A stretch of DNA of 64,000 nucleotides. Origin: Guillardia theta CCMP2712. Taxonomy: Eukaryota; Protista; Cryptophyta. A program made the translations under genes and the position numbers. The notes under the pieces are model-generated. The model searched no databases, was not told the DNA's origin, and saw nothing but the letters and a program-made list of their open reading frames with translations. This document shows, one piece after another, positions 25,001 through 33,823 of this stretch (positions are counted from its first letter, which is position 1; each line of letters begins with the position of its first letter). Location of the stretch: the NCBI RefSeq assembly GCF_000315625.1, contig NW_005434525.1, forward strand, positions 69,447-133,446, read 5' to 3'.

Positions 25001-25946
25001 TCAGCTCCTCCATGCCTCCCCCTCCATCCTCTTTGCTCTCTTTGTCTCGCTTCACCCTCACGCTCCAAACCAGCAGGTACAAGGCCCGCCTCACGATGAA
25101 GTACTGGTTCGTCTTGGCGTAGATCTGCTGCCCCCCGAAGTCTATCACGTCAAACGTCAGCCCGTCAGCGTAATCAGGCTTCCACTCGTGCAGGTCTATC
25201 CCGATCGTCCTCCTGTCTACCTCGATCTTGTCCGCCTTGTCCTTGTCTGACCTCAGAGCTCTCAGCACGCTCGTCTTGCCTGCCTCTCCGTTGCCTATGA
25301 GGATGAGGTTGATCCGCTTGTTCGCCTCGCTGTCTCTCTTGACACTCTGCAGGTACGTGAAAGCAGCTGCCCCTCCCTGACTGGCGATCTCAGGGGGAGG
25401 CAGCTGCAGGCTGACGCAGCTCTCACACCTGACCTCCTGCAGGCTAGACTCCATGCTGCAGAGCTCGTCCAAGGGAAGGCGGGAGAGGCTGGGGTTACCG
25501 GACACGTCGATGACTTTAAAAGCGACGCCGAGCTTGGAGATCCAGCGAGGCAGGCTCTTCATCCTCAGGTCTCGTATCACATATCGTTTCATCCTATCTG
25601 TCCGCAAAGACATGTTGAGCGTGCCTTCCTCGCTGTTGTAGCAGCTCCCAAGCTCCCCGCCCGACAGGAGCTGCTTCACGTCTTCGACAGCAGAGGTATC
25701 TATCTCTTGCATCCCGAAGATATAGTGGCACTTGACTAGGTCCAGTCTCTGGGCAAATGGCTTCCCCACGTTGTTGACGTGCTCGCGGACCTTCTCGATC
25801 TTGGCGATGGCGTCCTGCCTACTGGGTCTTGACGATACAAGATCTTGCTCAAGGTTGTGCACGCAGGAACGTCGATCCTTGCAGTGCTGGCACATGCGTT
25901 CTTGCCTTTGATCTTCAGATTCATCGTCGTAGTAGCAAACGCAGCA
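22020..25946 (-). CDS. ROCO protein main exon: Cys/His motif, LRR, Roc GTPase, COR, Cys-rich region, C-terminal TIR_2; gene probably extends upstream to ~27389 via micro-exons
   Basis: LQLPPPEIASQG; P-loop GNGEAGKTS; TIGID; DFGGQ; VVTHID; COR FLHDMGVLKYF..VFIDPVW; TIR VFLSYNWG..WFDV..NCRREF..IIPVLV. Acceptor TTTTTTTCTAG at 25947 opens the frame with CCVCYYDD upstream of the listed Met. Confidence 0.92.
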   Translation of the reverse strand, partial: CCVCYYDDESEDQRQERMCQHCKDRRSCVHNLEQDLVSSRPSRQDAIAKIEKVREHVNNVGKPFAQRLDLVKCHYIFGMQEIDTSAVEDVKQLLSGGELGSCYNSEEGTLNMSLRTDRMKRYVIRDLRMKSLPRWISKLGVAFKVIDVSGNPSLSRLPLDELCSMESSLQEVRCESCVSLQLPPPEIASQGGAAAFTYLQSVKRDSEANKRINLILIGNGEAGKTSVLRALRSDKDKADKIEVDRRTIGIDLHEWKPDYADGLTFDVIDFGGQQIYAKTNQYFIVRRALYLLVWSVRVKRDKESKEDGGGGMEELKKMISTWLRATQARVPGASVLLVVTHIDLAGESEVTDQCEKVKACVEEELKKMAEEEDENILPLHVINGGESFRVNCLEGQGVKELRQSVCKTAKELLWWQEKIPGPYLRLREAVEKRKSEPVSYVKVEEYKEMLRESGVNEKEQKVATSFLHDMGVLKYFGHELSADESKRDQGKYSVEDTVFIDPVWMIDVFKGVMRHDWEHLLDCFQQDPTKSKKTKKLLHLGIIDEDMLEYLWPQRDSDFWRNAKTDKTSRSEEVGFIKRHVEVQEAVALLRGCDLAHFLGVGMKDLKDTDNKSRELLCPGIIPSFTHEHKRAVTDKDKQSLCASVEREYNIFPAGFIDRLVVLCAARHFEVDCSGSMAVMKGWGRTLLVSWREDNDKHVLRADASTRQQIENLQEDLRRLEAFFPGMKRRRSNEESSGKEAVQVGIFTQGERSRACGLDIERKVKELYEAENLPLGLTCQIHPCDERGDAGDECLVNILCISTECVDEQGAMQGESSFSKPWNRLTASKAIIIPVVLTDYYDKHIKPRNRFNEWWPREIQGMERYRIFHQYKKKDEVSKDKVSEYEKSMRTLYDGIIKKLHQGRGSFEDLYDVTSQNELLCQACLHDRSESQPASQGVRAVGRFDPSEIKEALDKETNGMTDMQQELEQEDVIKQKIMIKAITCTRGHTTTVKEVLAFNDSSSPCPSCLKDKRVPHFFSRPTCLSMLARDLTAKIYCNQCQREMDVLDVTPPQVFLSYNWGHDNSTQKMVREVKRRIEEQTSLQCWFDVEGGIDHGEDHMQKMEQGVSRCEVFVVFMSDKYVKSGNCRREFARACKAGKYIIPVLVPVLYEASPDSKDLESESGWKGDKEGEDWWKRIAELEETSEAAKEVKVDWEFLASFSKPLKIEAKREQQEQQQKEKDHGGLHVSGLEALVAAVQARVYRGGVVFHEVACFLVVDMALTCVGQVEHPFLRSLHRQKRLLDSILDRISRLQSKILLGIDNPDDLP

Positions 25947-27369
25947 CTAGAAAAAAAACAGCCGCAATCCAGAGCATGCCAGCAAAGACCCGAACGGCAA
26001 AATACATGTCAGCCAATCATTCTCTGACCGCATTATAGCAGATGCAACTTACGTACTATTAGGCCCAAGTTCCATCCAACCGAGCAAAAGCAAAAGAATT
26101 TGCAAAATGAAATGTCAGCCAATCGTTCCCTGAGCACATCATATGACATGACACTTACGATCTACGAAGGCGAATTTAATCCATGCAAGCAAGGAAAAAC
26201 CAGGAATTTGCAAAATACATGTCAGTCTATCGTCCCCTGAGCGCATCATAGCATATGCTACTTACTCGCTATCAGGCCCAAGTTTCATCCATCCGAGCAG
26301 AAGGCGAAGGAAATTTGCGAAGTACATGTCAGCCAATCGTTCCCTGACCGCATCTTTCATCATCGTCACTTACCCGCTATACCGCCCCATCCACAGTACA
26401 TTCGAGCATATACCGACACATACACAAAATAAATGTCAGTCCACTCGTCCCCTTGACCGCATGATTTCATAATCATCACTTACCGACTGTCCGGACAAAT
26501 CAACAACCCATCCGATGAAAAACCGAGAAACAAACGAAAAATGTCAGCCAATCGATCCCTGACCGCATATTTTGATCAAGATACTTACTCCCTATCCGAT
26601 CCAGCAACCCATCCATCCGACACCAAACACAGACAAGAAGCAAAACCAATGTCAGCGAAACATTCCCTGACCGCATCATAGCAGTTATGCTACTTACTCG
26701 CTATGAAGCCCAAGTTTCATCCATCCAAGCAAAAGGCGAAGGAAATTTGCAAAATACATGTCAGCCAATCGTCCCATGACCGCGTATTTCATTATCATCA
26801 CTTACTAACTGTTGAGACCCATGATCAATCCATTCGAGCAAAAACAAAGGAAATCGCAAAAATAAATGTCAGACAATAATCCCCTGACCGCATCATATGA
26901 TATGATACTTACTCCCTATGAAGACGAATTTAACCCATGCGAGCAAGGAAAAACCAGGAATTTTCAAAAACATGTCAGTCAAATCATCCCCTGACCGCAT
27001 CATATGATATGACACTTACTTCCTATGAAGACGAGTTTAATCCATCCAAGCAAGGAAAAACCAGGAATTTGCAAAACAAACGTCAGTCCAATCATTCCCT
27101 GAGCGAACGGTTCCTTACGTAGCAGTACTTGGAGGATCCATAATGATCTTCTTCAAGCTTCGAGCAGGTCTTGCACTTTCCATCGGCTCCAGCTTGAAAA
27201 GTAGACTGTTGTAGAATATCAATCCAATCGATCCCGCCCATCATAGCATATGCTACTTACTCGCTATCAGGCCCAAGTTTCATCCATCCGAGCAGAAGGC
27301 GAAGGAAATTTGCAAAATGAAATGTCAGCCCAATCGCTCCTTGAGCATATGCTGCACAGACATGCTTAC
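25947..27369 (-). repeat. ~107-bp degenerate tandem array interpreted as homologous introns separated by 3-nt micro-exons
   Basis: Each unit on - strand: GTAAG...CTGAC...YAG|NNN|GTAAG. Micro-exons at 27020-22, 26913-15, 26806-08, 26698-700, 26589-91, 26484-86, 26374-76, 26266-68, 26159-61, 26053-55, plus 27261-63. An 87-nt exon lies at 27119-27205. Confidence 0.8.
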
Positions 27370-28004
27370 CGCCTTCCGAATAACAACATGGCAATTCACG
27401 GCAGAACGTAAAACACTCAAAGTCAGGTGACGCCTACTGGAAGCTATTCAAATTACGCATTTTGTGCTGTCGTTGGTATTAGGATCGACCACGATCTGGA
27501 GACACACAAGTCAGAAGGTCAAAAAAAAGTGTTAGGAGGAAGTGAAGGAGCCGCCAAGAAAGGAGTTGAATGATGGAAGGATCAGATGCGGGGGAGCAAA
27601 GGAAACATCTTCATCATCAAGCATGTCACTCAAGGTAACAGCATCTCATCGCTGCTGCTCCTTGCCTGGCATTTGTCGCAGTTGTACGGCATTGCGGAGG
27701 TTGAGAACAGAGGGTGGGGTAGGTGGAGATTTGGGGATGTAGGCAAATAGCGGGTAGGGGTAGTCGAATGAAGGAGGGAGGCAGGGGACTCGAATCATGC
27801 CGGTGAGAACGATTCGATTTTATAAGTGAGACACTAGTAGCATTCAACGAGGGTGAGAGAGCGAAGGTGTTTGAGGTGGTACAACCAAACGTTGCACAGG
27901 TGCTCGGGTAGGGTGAGCAAGGACAAAGGTTTTTTTGCCAGGGCTCCACCTTTACCTCCACCACCCACCCCCATTTAAATGTTGACATCTCGACTGGCTC
28001 GACA

Positions 28005-28331
28005 AAGGTTTTTTTCGCACGGGTAGGGTGCACAACCTTTCAATTAAGGAAAGTATTGAATATATTTATCAATCTTTCAAAATTCGTGTGTATATTGAAG
28101 AAGATTTTGAAATCAAGGATGAAAGGAACGCAGTTCCGGCATGTTTTCCCAAGCGACCCCACTAAAATTAGTAGTAACCCACCAGCTCCTTGTCCCCCCC
28201 TTCACCTCAACCTCGACGGAAGGTTTTTTTTCGTACGGGTAGGGTGGACAATTTTTCAATCTTAAGGGAGATATTGAATTATATTGATCAATCTTTCAAA
28301 GATTGGTGTGTATATTGAAGAAGATATTGAA
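28005..28331. repeat. Two copies of a ~110-bp AT-rich direct repeat; possible non-autonomous element remnant
   Basis: aaggtttttttcg.acgggtagggtg.acaa...gtgtatattgaagaagat.ttgaa at ~28005 and ~28220. Confidence 0.6.
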
Positions 28332-28710
28332 CCTCACTTTAATTTGAAGTTTATTTTAACTTGCCCCAGCCAACTCGAAGGCTCTGGAAAGCGAAAATGC
28401 TTTTGAATCACGCGATATCAGCGCCTGTTGTGTCTTGTTCCTGCTCCTTGGGTCTCCCAACCTGCTCTTCAACTTCCTCCCATCCCCCCCCTCCTTCCTC
28501 TTGTCCCGGCTGCTTCCCCCCCTCTTGTCCCGGCTGGCCCCCCCCCTCTTGTCCCGGCTGCCCCCCCCCCTCTTGTCCCGGCTGCTCCCCCCCACACCTG
28601 TCCTCCTTCCATCGCCATGCTCCTTCTTCCTCTTGCTCTTGCCCCGGCTCCTCCTTCCATTGCCATGCCTCTCCTTCCTCCTTCCCCGGCTCTTCGTCCT
28701 CTCCTTCCTC

Positions 28711-30075
28711 ATGCCTTGGTCACTTTCTTCCTACACACACATTCCTGCTCCCTGGGATGGTTTGGGTTGCGGTCATACCGTGCCCCTGCGCACCTGCAAG
28801 GATGAAGCGAGTCCATCATGCGGATGTTGCCAGCCGCCTTGCTGTCCATCAGCGGAGACAGCGGAGACATCGGAGATGACGGGGGCAGCGGAGACATCGG
28901 ATTTGACGGGGGCAGCGGAGACATCGGAGATGACGGGGGCAGCGGAGACATCGGAGATGACGGGGGCAGCGGAGACATCGGAGATGACGGGGGCAGCGGA
29001 GACATCGGAGATGACGGGGGCAGCGGAGACATCGGAGATGACGGGGGCAGCGGAGACATCGGAGATGACGGGGGCAGCGGAGACATCGGAGATGACGGGG
29101 GCAGCGGAGAAATCGGAGATGACGGGGGCAGCGGAGACATCGGAGATGACGGGGGCAGCGGAGACATCCATGCTACACTCGCCTGTTGTAGCCAAGCGGC
29201 CTGATGTTTCGGAGCCTCGCCTGCCTTGTCCGGCGGCGGGAGAGGGTGCAGATTCAGTGGCCGATGATGTCATGACATCGGATGTGCACGTTGTTGGCAG
29301 CTCACAGTACGGCGCTGCAGGGGCTTTGCAGTGCCTGGACACAGATCATGAGCCGCGGTGTCGAGATGGAGAAGGTCAGGTTGACGAGTTAATCTTGCGA
29401 GCCTTGATGTCTTCGAATCTGCTTCGCCTTGTGGGGAACGCAAGCTACGTCCAGGGCTTGAAGGAGAAGATGCGGATTGAAGTGTCGCAGAGGAGGCGGG
29501 ACTCGCTAGACTTTGCCGGGAAACTTCCCTTGGCACTGAAGGCCTTGAGCATCGGCATCCCTGCCGATCAGCTTCTGATCGACGTTGCACAGGCAGGTGG
29601 GCTGCATGGCAAGAGCGACGGGTGTATCATAGTTGGGCCCCAGAGACAGGTCAGCGGGTCGAGTCGGGGTGAACCTCTGCCGCTGTGCCGAGAGCCGCTG
29701 GAGGTGAAGTCGTCCTCGTGCAGGAGTGGTGACAGGACCTTCGGCATCAAGTCCATCCGCAGGTCCTTCCGTCATCTGTTCATCGTGGGAAGAAAGGACA
29801 ACCCTGACGACTGGACGTCCCTTGACGCTCTAGACGACAAGTGCTCCCTCGGTTACATCAGCGGGGAGGACTATGACATAGCTCTAGAGCGGCACCTTGT
29901 GCGCCAGGGTAGATGGCCTGCAGCTTCCGACGAGCCACAGGATGTGACGGTGACGATGAACAGCAGGAAGAGGACCGGCTGGCTCTCGCAGCACATCCGG
30001 TGGGTGGGCTTCAAGGACCTGACACTGCAGTGGTGGCAGGCTACTGTAGGGAGCAGTGTGCTGGCAGTTAGGTAG
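28711..30075 (+). CDS. Hypothetical protein with (AAETSEMTG)n repeat and C-terminal PD-(D/E)XK-like nuclease motif; start uncertain
   Basis: Long ORF with GKSDGCII...PLEVKSS...FGIKSIRRSFRHLFIVG. Confidence 0.55.
   Translation: MPWSLSSYTHIPAPWDGLGCGHTVPLRTCKDEASPSCGCCQPPCCPSAETAETSEMTGAAETSDLTGAAETSEMTGAAETSEMTGAAETSEMTGAAETSEMTGAAETSEMTGAAETSEMTGAAETSEMTGAAEKSEMTGAAETSEMTGAAETSMLHSPVVAKRPDVSEPRLPCPAAGEGADSVADDVMTSDVHVVGSSQYGAAGALQCLDTDHEPRCRDGEGQVDELILRALMSSNLLRLVGNASYVQGLKEKMRIEVSQRRRDSLDFAGKLPLALKALSIGIPADQLLIDVAQAGGLHGKSDGCIIVGPQRQVSGSSRGEPLPLCREPLEVKSSSCRSGDRTFGIKSIRRSFRHLFIVGRKDNPDDWTSLDALDDKCSLGYISGEDYDIALERHLVRQGRWPAASDEPQDVTVTMNSRKRTGWLSQHIRWVGFKDLTLQWWQATVGSSVLAVR
28851..29168 (+). 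repeat. 27-bp coding minisatellite, about 11-12 copies
   Basis: gcagcggagacatcggagatgacgggg tandem. Confidence 0.95.
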
Positions 30076-30909
30076 CCTTATTCCATGACGCTGTGGTGGC
30101 AAGCTGAGACAAGCGACGGCAGGGAGTCAGTAGTGTTGTAGTCAGCTAGGTTGACCTGCCTATGCCTATGCTGCAAGGTGATGCACAGTGATTAAGGCTT
30201 GGGGGCCGTGCATCATCTCCCCTTGAAGCAGCAATTTTAGAATCAATACAAGCATGCAGATAACCTATGAGCCGCTTCCCGCCTCTGTCCTCCACAGAAT
30301 CTCCGCTCGCCTCCTACTAGTGACTGGCTCCCATCCAGGCTCCTGTCAGTCTCTCGTCCTCTCCTGCTTGCCAGGCTGGCTCCCGTCAGTCTCCCGTCTA
30401 GGCTTGAATTCCTATGAATTCATATGAACCTGCAGCGCAGCCTCTCACATATCATGGGCAAAGAATCATCCAAAACTCGCATGAGATTCACAAAAAACCA
30501 CGAGCTTCTGCTGGTCTTGCGTCCTGGTGACGTATGAGCCTGCATCGCGAGATCAGAAATTGGGTGCGCATGCGTTCATCAGAAAATCAGCGACTACCTA
30601 GTAAAACAGGGCTAGCGTGCAGAAATGTCACATCTGACCCCGAAATCCCATTTCAAGACATCCGAATGGGGGTCAGAGCATGCAAGAAGCATCCCAAACG
30701 GCCCACGGGAAGCGTTGGAAGCGTTCCCCTCCCCTTGCTGCAGCCTCCCATCGAGCGGTTGCATCGAGTACCCCACCTCTTCAAGATTAAGAGTAGGGGG
30801 TGGGGGGTATTGGTCACTGAGTGGAAATTTATCATACTGGTTCGGCAAAAAAAATCGGCCCGAGGGGAGGGCGGCCGCGAAGGGCCCGGACTCCTGTAAG
30901 AACTCGGAT

Positions 30910-30927
30910 AAGGGTTTAGGGTTTAGG
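30910..30927 (+). repeat. Most proximal telomeric (TTTAGGG)n tract; others at 33150-33166, 37098-37180, 39863-39900, 40270-40315, 41677-41700, 44563-44615, 47231-47255, 49965-50003, 53992-54008
   Basis: TTTAGGG units, with TTAGGG and other variants; G-rich strand on +, so the chromosome end is expected to the right. Confidence 0.92.
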
Positions 30928-33149
30928 AGGCGCCGGTTATTTCAGGCACCATGGCTGCACGCGTGGTGTAGGGGAAGCCGCCAGGGCGCCAAGGAAGCTG
31001 CAAGCGAGAGGTTTGTATAGTTTATCAGCTTTCTAAGTATGGTTCTTCAGTATGATGAAAATGTTCGAAGTTCGCAACCTGCTGTATCGGAGATCATGCC
31101 AATACACGCAGAGCGGACTTGTGGATGCCTCTGTCCTCGAAGCTGATCTCGTCGAGAGGGTGAAGAGCTTCGCGAAGCGTTATCCGAACAGCAGGACAGC
31201 CCAGGCTTGCAAGGCTGTGGAGGGATGCACCCCCGACGCTATCGCAGAAGCCATCCGCTCGACATGTCAGCAGGCACGACGTGAGCTTCTGCAAGAAGCA
31301 ATGACTGGATGGAGTGACGCATCCAACGAGGTGACTTCCTTCATCTCCATGACTCTCCTGGGCATCTCCTCGGTGTATGTCAACCATGAAGAGAAGCTGA
31401 AGAAGAAATTCGAAGAGATCGGACTGATCGTAGACTCAGTGCAAGAGAGTAAAGCAATCATGTGGAAGGCTCCGTATAGACCCGAGATAGCGAGTGCTGA
31501 TGAGATCCCGGTGACTGTTTCCGACTTCCTCCGCAATGCACAAGCGGAGAAGCTCTGGCAGGGAAGAGAGGACTTCGCGATCGATGGTCGCAAGTTCACA
31601 GCTGTACATGTGAGCATCGTGCAGCATGACAACAGCAGAGATTGCTGACGTCTACCGCTATCAGCTGCTGGGCCAGTCCCTTGCAGCGGTCCAACTCCAG
31701 CGGCCGCTGGCAGGCGTCATCTGGAGACAGAGGGAGGTGGAGTGGATCGTCTCCTCGAGCTGCCCAGAGGCGAATGATACAGCCTCGGCATTTCGAGCTT
31801 TCCGAGAGAGCGAAGCGATGGAGGGAGTACACCTGACTCTGTTCAGCCGCGGCGAGGACCCGAAGATCAGAGAGGCGCTCGCAGTCGAGCTGAGCTGACA
31901 GCTGATCGCTTTGTGTCCAGAAACAAGTTGAAGAAGGCATCAAGGATGCAGAAGAAGGCAGGCGGCAAGGACGGCAAGGAGATCAAGATCATCATCAAGT
32001 CTCGCTTCACGAGGAAGGAGATGGAGGGGCTGTGCAACGGCGGCAACACGTCCATCGCAAGAGTCAAGAGAGTCTTGTTGGAGATCGCTAACAGGCTCGA
32101 GATCAAAGTTGAAGGCATCGACATGGAGGAGGATTTGAACACCAAGTCCTGGAACGGGTCCAAGCTATGCATACTCCTCGGCTCCACGGAGGATGCTCGA
32201 CGCATGATGAAGGAGCTGCCCTTCTATCTCGAAGGCGCAGCAACCAAGCTCGAAGCAGTCACGGACCCGGCGGCTTCGACATGGAGCCTGAGGCAGCTGG
32301 TCAGCGGGGCACCAGCGACGCAGCGCAGCGACAGGAGGAGAGCGAGGGAGAGTGGCTGGAGTTTACAGACCTGGAGAGGATCACAATGGAGGCAGCATCT
32401 CCTTCAAGCCAAGAGGACATGCAGCTCGTCAGCGAGCTGTCAGCAGTCATCGAAGATGAGACGGGGACGAGCGAGCCGATCAAGCTGGTCCTGGACAAGG
32501 CTGTTGGCAACCTCCACGACACCTTCTACTCTCCGGGGAGCCTGGAGTTCATGTCGCTGGGAGAGTGGGCGAAGACGCCAGAGGAGCAGGGAGTGGGACG
32601 CAACGTTCTCAAGCCCTGAGAAGCTGGGGGAGTGGCTGCAGAGCAAGCGCTGGACTCGCGTGCAAGGAGAGAGCAAGAAGGCAAGGAGGGGCAGCGCGTT
32701 CTCGCCACGGGCAACGGCAGCTGCTGAGCTTGAGCAGCCTGGAGGCGGAGAGCGACGACATAGAGCGTCGATCTCTTAGCTTCCTGTTCATAGCACTGAG
32801 TAAATTCGCAGAGATGCATGTGCTGGCCTGCTCGCTGAAGGTGGACAACTTGCAAGAAGGACCGGCGACTGCGGGTGGAGATGAGGGAAGATGATGAAGA
32901 AGAGGAAGACATGTCATGGAAGAAGAGCAAGGCGAGGGCGAGGAAGAAGACGGGGCGAGCCCGTACCGAGCTTGAGCTGAGCTCAAGGTAAGGAGAGAAG
33001 GTAGGAGGCGACCGAAGGCCAAGGTGAGGAGAGGCAACTCTCCTGACTGAGGCTGAGGAAGCTGAACAGAGGAGAAGTGTGAGGGCTGATAAGCAGCTTG
33101 AACAACATTCTAGCATTCTAATAAACTCACATAATAATAATAATAATCA
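30928..33149 (+). mobile_element. Family A ORF1-only telomeric retroelement, copy A1 (degenerate: deletions and frameshifts)
   Basis: One 5' 19-mer, fragmented ORF1, 3' TCTAATAAACTCAC(ATA)n, flanked by telomeric repeats. Confidence 0.85.
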
Positions 33150-33166
33150 TAGGGTTTAGGGTATAG

Positions 33167-33823
33167 AGGTTCCTTATTTCCTGGCAGGTTCCTTATTTCC
33201 TGGCAGGTTCCTTATTTCCTGGCAGGTTCCTTATTTCCTGGCAGGTTCCTTATTTCCTGGCAGGTTCCTTATTTCCTGGCAGGTTCCTTATTTCCTGGCA
33301 GGTTCCTTATTTCCTGGCAGGTTCCTTATTTCCTGGCAGGTTCCTTATTTCCTGGCAGGTTCCTTATTTCCTGGCAGGTTCCTTATTTCCTGGCAGGTTC
33401 CTTATTTCCTGGCAGGTTCCTTATTTCCTGGCAGGTTCCTTATTTCCTGGCAGGTTCCTTATTTCCTGGCAGGTTCCTTATTTCCTGGCAGGTTCCTTAT
33501 TTCCTGGCAGGTTCCTTATTTCCTGGCAGGTTCCTTATTTCCTGGCAGGTTCCTTATTTCCTGGCAGGTTCCTTATTTCCTGGCAGGTTCCTTATTTCCT
33601 GGCAGGTTCCTTATTTCCTGGCAGGTTCCTTATTTCCTGGCAGGTTCCTTATTTCCTGGCAGGTTCCTTATTTCCTGGCAGGTTCCTTATTTCCTGGCAG
33701 GTTCCTTATTTCCTGGCAGGTTCCTTATTTCCTGGCAGGTTCCTTATTTCCTGGCAGGTTCCTTATTTCCTGGCAGGTTCCTTATTTCCTGGCAGGTTCC
33801 TTATTTCCTGGCAGGTTCCTTAT
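33167..33823 (+). repeat. Family B 5' 19-bp tandem array (GGTTCCTTATTTCCTGGCA), about 34 copies
   Basis: Near-perfect tandem repeat directly after a telomeric tract. Confidence 0.97.

Noticed and set aside
25947-27369. 107-bp array as shuffled LRR exons or a CRISPR-like array
   Set aside because: Units checked do not translate into a convincing LRR; splice signals bracket only 3 nt; similarity spans the whole unit
33167-33823. 19-bp arrays as CRISPR arrays
   Set aside because: No spacers, no cas genes, eukaryotic context
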